Assembly (NCBI GenBank): GCA_963668625.2
Contig: CAXXKA010000005.1
Location: 188,021 to 252,020 of the forward strand
Source of the DNA: an uncultured candidate division Zixibacteria bacterium
GTDB lineage: Bacteria > Zixibacteria > MSB-5A5 > UBA10806 > 4484-95
Reading direction: 5' to 3'
Length of the DNA stretch: 64,000 nucleotides
The notes under the pieces are model-generated. The model saw only the letters and a program-made list of their open reading frames with translations. It made no database searches and was not told the origin of the DNA. The position numbers were made by a program, and so were the translations under genes. Below are positions 59,167 to 64,000 of this stretch, one piece after another; position 1 is the stretch's first letter, and the number at the start of each line of letters is the position of its first letter.

Positions 59167-60120
59167 ATGAAAATAATTATGTCATACAAAATAATAACCT
59201 ATACTTTCTTATGCCTGATCTTTACGCTTTCTTTCTGCAAAAAAAACACGGAACCTGATGATCCCATTATAATAATTGATCCTCCTCCAAATAGAAGTGT
59301 CCATGATACCAATCCTACATGGTCCTCGGTTCATAATCTGATCGCTTATATTCATTATCTTGACGAGGATAGCTTAGATGATAATAGAGCACGAGGGATT
59401 CACCTGATAAACCCCGATGGTACTAATGATCAATTTTTCCATGATGGCGGCGGAGCGTTGGCCTGGTTTAGCCTTGACTGGGCTCCTGATGGCAGTTGTT
59501 TGCTGGTACGAAATGAAATCGGCTTATTTAAAATATCTTATCCTGATAAAGTTATTGATACATTAAGGTATAACATCGATCCAATGTCTTTTTCTTATTT
59601 AATGGCGACCTTCTCACCGATTGGCGATAAAATACTCACAGTTACTAACGGCGGTGATTATGGTGGTATTCATTTAATGAATTCTGATGGATCGGACAAT
59701 CATAGGATTATTCAACATGCAATGAGTCCTTTCTGGATTGCTAACGATTCAATTGCTTATATGAACTTTGAACCTGAATTCCCTTATTATTCTTTGTGCA
59801 TTACAGATACTACAGGGCTTTCTAGACGGCAATTACTGGTTAATGATAGCTTATTATATGTGGCAAATATTTCAGCAGATACACATTTTCCAACAAGACG
59901 TATCGCCATCTATGGGCCATCTTTTGATGGCATATACCCCGATGATCTGGGGAAAATGGAACCTGATTGGCAGGAAATAACCCTTCTAACTAATGACAGT
60001 GAATATCCCTGTTTCTCTCCCGATGGTAATCAAGTTGTTTTCACCTATGAGAAAAAGGGCTATGGCGGTTTGTATATAATCAATTGGGATGGTACGAATA
60101 TGCGTCAGTTGACTGAGTAA
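59167..60120 (+). CDS. TolB-like lipoprotein, copy 2
   Basis: Differs from copy 1 by one residue (V to D). Confidence 0.85.
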   Translation: MKIIMSYKIITYTFLCLIFTLSFCKKNTEPDDPIIIIDPPPNRSVHDTNPTWSSVHNLIAYIHYLDEDSLDDNRARGIHLINPDGTNDQFFHDGGGALAWFSLDWAPDGSCLLVRNEIGLFKISYPDKVIDTLRYNIDPMSFSYLMATFSPIGDKILTVTNGGDYGGIHLMNSDGSDNHRIIQHAMSPFWIANDSIAYMNFEPEFPYYSLCITDTTGLSRRQLLVNDSLLYVANISADTHFPTRRIAIYGPSFDGIYPDDLGKMEPDWQEITLLTNDSEYPCFSPDGNQVVFTYEKKGYGGLYIINWDGTNMRQLTE

Positions 60121-60191
60121 AACATACAAAAGTAAATAATTATAAAAAATTAATTTGTAATAATATTTTACTACTATTTCAGAAGGTTTAG

Positions 60192-61145
60192 ATGAAAATA
60201 ATTATGTCATACAAAATAATAACCTATACTTTCTTATGCCTGATCTTTACGCTTTCTTTCTGCAAAAAAAACACGGAACCTGATGATCCCATTATAATAA
60301 TTGATCCTCCTCCAAATAGAAGTGTCCATGATACCAATCCTACATGGTCCTCGGTTCATAATCTGATCGCTTATATTCATTATCTTGACGAGGATAGCTT
60401 AGATGATAATAGAGCACGAGGGATTCACCTGATAAACCCCGATGGTACTAATGATCAATTTTTCCATGATGGCGGCGGAGCGTTGGCCTGGTTTAGCCTT
60501 GACTGGGCTCCTGATGGCAGTTGTTTGCTGGTACGAAATGAAATCGGCTTATTTAAAATATCTTATCCTGATAAAGTTATTGATACATTAAGGTATAACA
60601 TCGATCCAATGACCTTTGCATATTTATATGTTTCTTTCTCGCCTGATGGAAATACTATATTATATACTATAGGTGGTGGTAATGAAAGGGGCGCTTATCT
60701 AATGAATTCGGATGGGACAAACGAGCGTTTGGTAGTATTATATGGTGATAAAGCTGCCTGGGTATCAAACGATTCAATCATTTTTATTAATTATGATCCC
60801 TTAATGCCTAGCGGTTCTATATGTATATCTGATACTGCAGGCTTATTTAGAAGAGTTGTTCGCGAAAATGATAGTCTTTATAGACCTCCAGATTTTACGG
60901 CAACCATACATTTTCCAACCGGACGAATCGCTATCTACGGACCTTATTTTGATACCAGTTACCCGGCTGATTTAGGAAAAATGGAACCCGGCTGGCAAGA
61001 AATTACACTACTAGTCAAAGACAGTGAATATCCCTGTTTCTCTCCCGATGGTAATCAAGTTGTTTTCACCTATGAGAAAAAGGGCTATGGCGGTTTGTAT
61101 ATAATCAATTGGGATGGTACGAATATGCGTCAGTTGACTGAGTAA
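60192..61145 (+). CDS. TolB-like lipoprotein, copy 3 (divergent middle)
   Basis: Ends identical to copy 2; divergent block at 60612-61019. Confidence 0.85.
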   Translation: MKIIMSYKIITYTFLCLIFTLSFCKKNTEPDDPIIIIDPPPNRSVHDTNPTWSSVHNLIAYIHYLDEDSLDDNRARGIHLINPDGTNDQFFHDGGGALAWFSLDWAPDGSCLLVRNEIGLFKISYPDKVIDTLRYNIDPMTFAYLYVSFSPDGNTILYTIGGGNERGAYLMNSDGTNERLVVLYGDKAAWVSNDSIIFINYDPLMPSGSICISDTAGLFRRVVRENDSLYRPPDFTATIHFPTGRIAIYGPYFDTSYPADLGKMEPGWQEITLLVKDSEYPCFSPDGNQVVFTYEKKGYGGLYIINWDGTNMRQLTE

Positions 61146-61255
61146 AACATACAAAAGTAAATAATTATAAAAAATTAATTTGTAATAATATTTTACTACT
61201 ATTTTACTTTTAATGAAACTATATAGTTTTAGAATTCCTCTTCAATGAAGCTATA

Positions 61256-62482
61256 CTAATTCTGTCCGGCCTCGGGTTCGCCTATTATCTGTACCGTTAC
61301 TTTGGTGCCGGCGTTCAAGTATCCCGAATGTGCCGGGATAACTATCAAGCCGTTGGCTGTTGAAAACGCTTTGATCGAGTTGGGCTTTCTCAAATCCGGG
61401 GTGACCGTGAAACCGGCGTCGGTCAAGCAAACCACTCCTCGCATAAAACAGGTAACGCCGTTTTCCGACTTGAGATCTTTGGTCAGTATCGCCTGCACCT
61501 CGGTGCGCCTGACTATTTTCGAGCCCATCATTTTCATGAGCGCGGGACGGATAAACTGCTCCATCACGATATAAAACGCGTACGGATGACCCATCAAACC
61601 GAATATGGGGATATCCCCCACGGTGCCGAAAATGAACGGCTTGGCCGGCTTGATTGCGACCCGCCAGAACTTTATATCCATGCCCAGTTGCTCGAGCATC
61701 TTCTTGACATTGGTGAAATCATCCATGGACTGGCCGACCGTGGAGACGAACATATCGTGATCGAGTCCTTCGATGATCTTGGTGGAAACCTCCTCGCGCG
61801 ACATCCCGGCCAACCCCAGATCGACCGGCTCGGCGCCATATTCGGCCAACTGCGAGTATAGCGTGTAGCGGCTGGATGGCCCGCCCATATCGTTGGAGAG
61901 CGGCCCTCCGTTATCTACAATCCCCTGCCCGCTGGTGAGAAACGATACGCGGGGTTGACGGAAACATTGCACCTCGCTGTAACCGATCTCGGATAATGTA
62001 CCGATATCGGCGGCTTTGAGTTTTTTACCCTTGGGAAGCACTAATGCGCCTTCGCCGATATCCTCCCCTCTTTTTCTGATGAACTCGCCGCCGCTGCTGC
62101 TTTTGTAAACCAGCAGCTTTTTACTCGACTGCCTGACCGCATGTTCCTCGGGTAGTACGCAGTCGGCGTTCTTCGGTATAATCGCTCCGCTGATAATGCG
62201 TACCGCCTGTTTTGCCTTCAGCGGTTTTTCAAGCGGTTGTCCCGGAGCTACATCCCCGATGAGGTTTAGCTCAACCGGTTGATTCGATCCGGCCCCGGTT
62301 ATATCCTCGGCTTTTAATGCGTACCCGTTCAAGGTTGCAATATTATTAGCCGGTACATTCTCGGATGATATAATATCCTCGGCTAGAATCCTGCTGCGAG
62401 CGCCAAGTATGGGAATCGTTACCGGATCGAGGACACGAATGGAATCTAATACAATTTGAAATGCTTTCTCAACGGAAATCAT
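61256..62482 (-). CDS. moeA: Molybdopterin molybdotransferase MoeA-like protein
   Basis: RILAEDI, NGYAL, GEDI..G, VAIKPAKP, ANGLI; several motifs are degenerate. Confidence 0.88.
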   Translation of the reverse strand: MISVEKAFQIVLDSIRVLDPVTIPILGARSRILAEDIISSENVPANNIATLNGYALKAEDITGAGSNQPVELNLIGDVAPGQPLEKPLKAKQAVRIISGAIIPKNADCVLPEEHAVRQSSKKLLVYKSSSGGEFIRKRGEDIGEGALVLPKGKKLKAADIGTLSEIGYSEVQCFRQPRVSFLTSGQGIVDNGGPLSNDMGGPSSRYTLYSQLAEYGAEPVDLGLAGMSREEVSTKIIEGLDHDMFVSTVGQSMDDFTNVKKMLEQLGMDIKFWRVAIKPAKPFIFGTVGDIPIFGLMGHPYAFYIVMEQFIRPALMKMMGSKIVRRTEVQAILTKDLKSENGVTCFMRGVVCLTDAGFTVTPDLRKPNSIKAFSTANGLIVIPAHSGYLNAGTKVTVQIIGEPEAGQN

Positions 62483-62747
62483 TATCCCCTCACTATTCTG
62501 ATTCTTAACTGCAGAAATCCGAAATCATTTCAGATACTAATTGAACACAGCTAAGGATTTCTCTATTCTAACCGGAAAATAGAAAAACTTCCCCTCCTGT
62601 CACCGATGATTATGGCATAAATCGTTTATATCGTCAAGCAAAAAAAGAATAGTTTTATCATATTGTCATAATTAAATTCAGGAGAACAGTACAATATCTC
62701 TTTATGAAGAGCTAAGGGTGATACATCCGTACTGGATCTCTGCCTCC

Positions 62748-62895
62748 GGGGTTGTTGAAAAAACCATTTACATGAGTCGCCGGGCGGACGAAGTCCTTTG
62801 TTCATCCTTTCCCGGCGACATGCCGCATGAAATCAGGTGTCAGGAATGGATTCCTGACACCACCGTCATCCAACAAGGACTTTTTCAACAACCCT
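62748..62895. mobile_element. MITE family A copy 4, inserted in a GTCAT-type REP loop
   Basis: IRs GGGGTTGTTGAAAAA...TTTTTCAACAACCCT; duplication CTCC (62744-62747, 62896-62899). Confidence 0.85.
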
Positions 62896-63028
62896 CTCCG
62901 CAGAGATGACAGATGTGCGATAGCACAGACATCTAGAGCTTCAGTCGTTACTGCAAATAAATATACTTTTCACGAACGCTTCGCTTTAAACGTACACACC
63001 GGATAAATCGGTGTTTTTTAGGATCAAT

Positions 63029-63061
63029 AAAAAAACGCCGAACCTGTTCGATTCGGCGTTT
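63029..63061 (-). terminator. Intrinsic terminator of the S41 peptidase gene
   Basis: A7-CGCCGAA...TTCGGCG-TTT. Confidence 0.8.
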
Positions 63062-63082
63062 GGAAATCATCAGTATTTATCA

Positions 63083-64000
63083 TCAACCCTGTGGGCTTAA
63101 TATCGAGCTGTACTCTTTTTGTGAGGTCAGCACATCCACAGCTTTATCGATATAAGGATCGTTGTGAAGTATGTTCTGACGGTAAACCGCTTTCTCGCCA
63201 TAGAGCTTGGTCAGGATATCGCGTTTGATCGAACGCTTGATATATTCTATGCTGGAGGTGAACTGCTTCTCTTTATCGAGTTCGATCTGCTTTTCAAGTT
63301 CGGTCATCAAATCGGAATACTCATCCCCGCGGCCTAATTCCTCTATAGTTTCCTTCATCTTGTTTAAATCGGCCTCTAGTTCGGAGGTGTAATCGAATTC
63401 TTTTTCTTTGAGAAATTGTTTGAACTCGGCGATAATATCATCGGTAACAGCGAAATCCTCGGGGATATTCGTTTTATCCATGGTGTATTTTACGGAGAAA
63501 TCGAAGAACACCGAGAGGCGTTCCAGGTTTATCTCAAGGGCGTTCAAGGTATGATCCTCAATCTCTATATCGGGGATAACACCGCCGCCGCCGGAAACCA
63601 CTCGACCGCCTTTGGTATAATAAATTTCATTTTTATTCTCAACATCGGTAGCGCTGGTTGAGGCTGTCTCCTCCTCTATCTCGATTTCTTCCGGGTGACG
63701 AGTAGAACGGCTGTCTTTCTGTATACATCTGCCGGAGGGTATGTACCATTTGGCTGTGGTTAATTTTAAAGCGGTATTCGCGGAAAGCGGGTAAACCTGC
63801 TGAACCAGTCCTTTTCCGAACGTGGGATTGCCTATAATTATTCCGCGATCCCAATCCTGAATAGAGCCGGTCACGATCTCCGAGGCCGAGGCAGACATCT
63901 CGTTAACCAGAATCACCACCGGGATATTAGGATCGATAAGCGGATCTTTCGAGGCATACAGGGTACGTTCCTGGTCGGGTGTGCGACCTCTAGTTGAGGT
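63083..64000 (-). CDS. S41 C-terminal processing peptidase (5' partial)
   Basis: SASASEIV, TFGKGLVQ, LKLTTAKWYIPSGRCIQ; frame is open to the window edge. Confidence 0.93.
   Translation of the reverse strand, partial: TSTRGRTPDQERTLYASKDPLIDPNIPVVILVNEMSASASEIVTGSIQDWDRGIIIGNPTFGKGLVQQVYPLSANTALKLTTAKWYIPSGRCIQKDSRSTRHPEEIEIEEETASTSATDVENKNEIYYTKGGRVVSGGGGVIPDIEIEDHTLNALEINLERLSVFFDFSVKYTMDKTNIPEDFAVTDDIIAEFKQFLKEKEFDYTSELEADLNKMKETIEELGRGDEYSDLMTELEKQIELDKEKQFTSSIEYIKRSIKRDILTKLYGEKAVYRQNILHNDPYIDKAVDVLTSQKEYSSILSPQG

Larger units (their letters stand above)
58134..61204 (+). repeat. Tandem array of three ~1025-bp units
   Basis: Gene starts at 58142, 59167 and 60192 (period 1025); identical spacers. 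Confidence 0.95.

Noticed and set aside
58142-61145. Diversity-generating retroelement TR/VR pair
   Set aside because: Differences are not adenine-restricted, span 408 bp with many synonymous changes, and no reverse transcriptase is present.
62483-62700. Moco riboswitch upstream of moeA
   Set aside because: No recognisable conserved Moco RNA motif on the minus strand.
1-64000. CRISPR array or cas genes
   Set aside because: No regularly spaced short repeats with unique spacers and no Cas motifs.

Overview
64-kb bacterial chromosome segment, probably from an FCB-related lineage such as Zixibacteria. That assignment is inferred from the many secreted proteins with a T9SS-type-A/FlgD-like C-terminal domain (CTD, YPNPFN...LLLK) and from a Bacteroidetes-style bS22 gene. 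The housekeeping backbone is rimP-nusA-infB-DUF503-rbfA-nrnA-truB-ribF-rpsO-pnp, tRNA-Arg(CCT), leuS, a GH57 gene, mutL-miaA-mltD-sppA-HU, trpS-scpA-scpB, moeA and a partial S41 peptidase. Interleaved with it are AT-rich accessory genes, one IS3 element, two MITE families and several REP families. The best candidate for a new system is two tandem, diverged cassettes at 50468-56570 (minus strand): promoter > unannotated leader ORF with a G8 tract > small secreted Cys protein > BNR/VPS10 propeller with CTD. In both leaders the conserved coding signal switches from frame 0 to frame -1 exactly at the G8 run. The -1 frame reads GGG-RSPPF and stops on the initiation site of the next gene, which suggests a slippage/frameshift-controlled leader-peptide switch. 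Other signals are near-identical and orphan CTD modules suggesting domain grafting, a MITE that inserts into REP hairpin loops, a three-copy lipoprotein array with a swapped central block, a standalone OLD-like ATPase-TOPRIM gene, and LeuRS with HVGQ/KISKS motifs. All calls come from reading the sequence and recognising motifs; no database searches were run.
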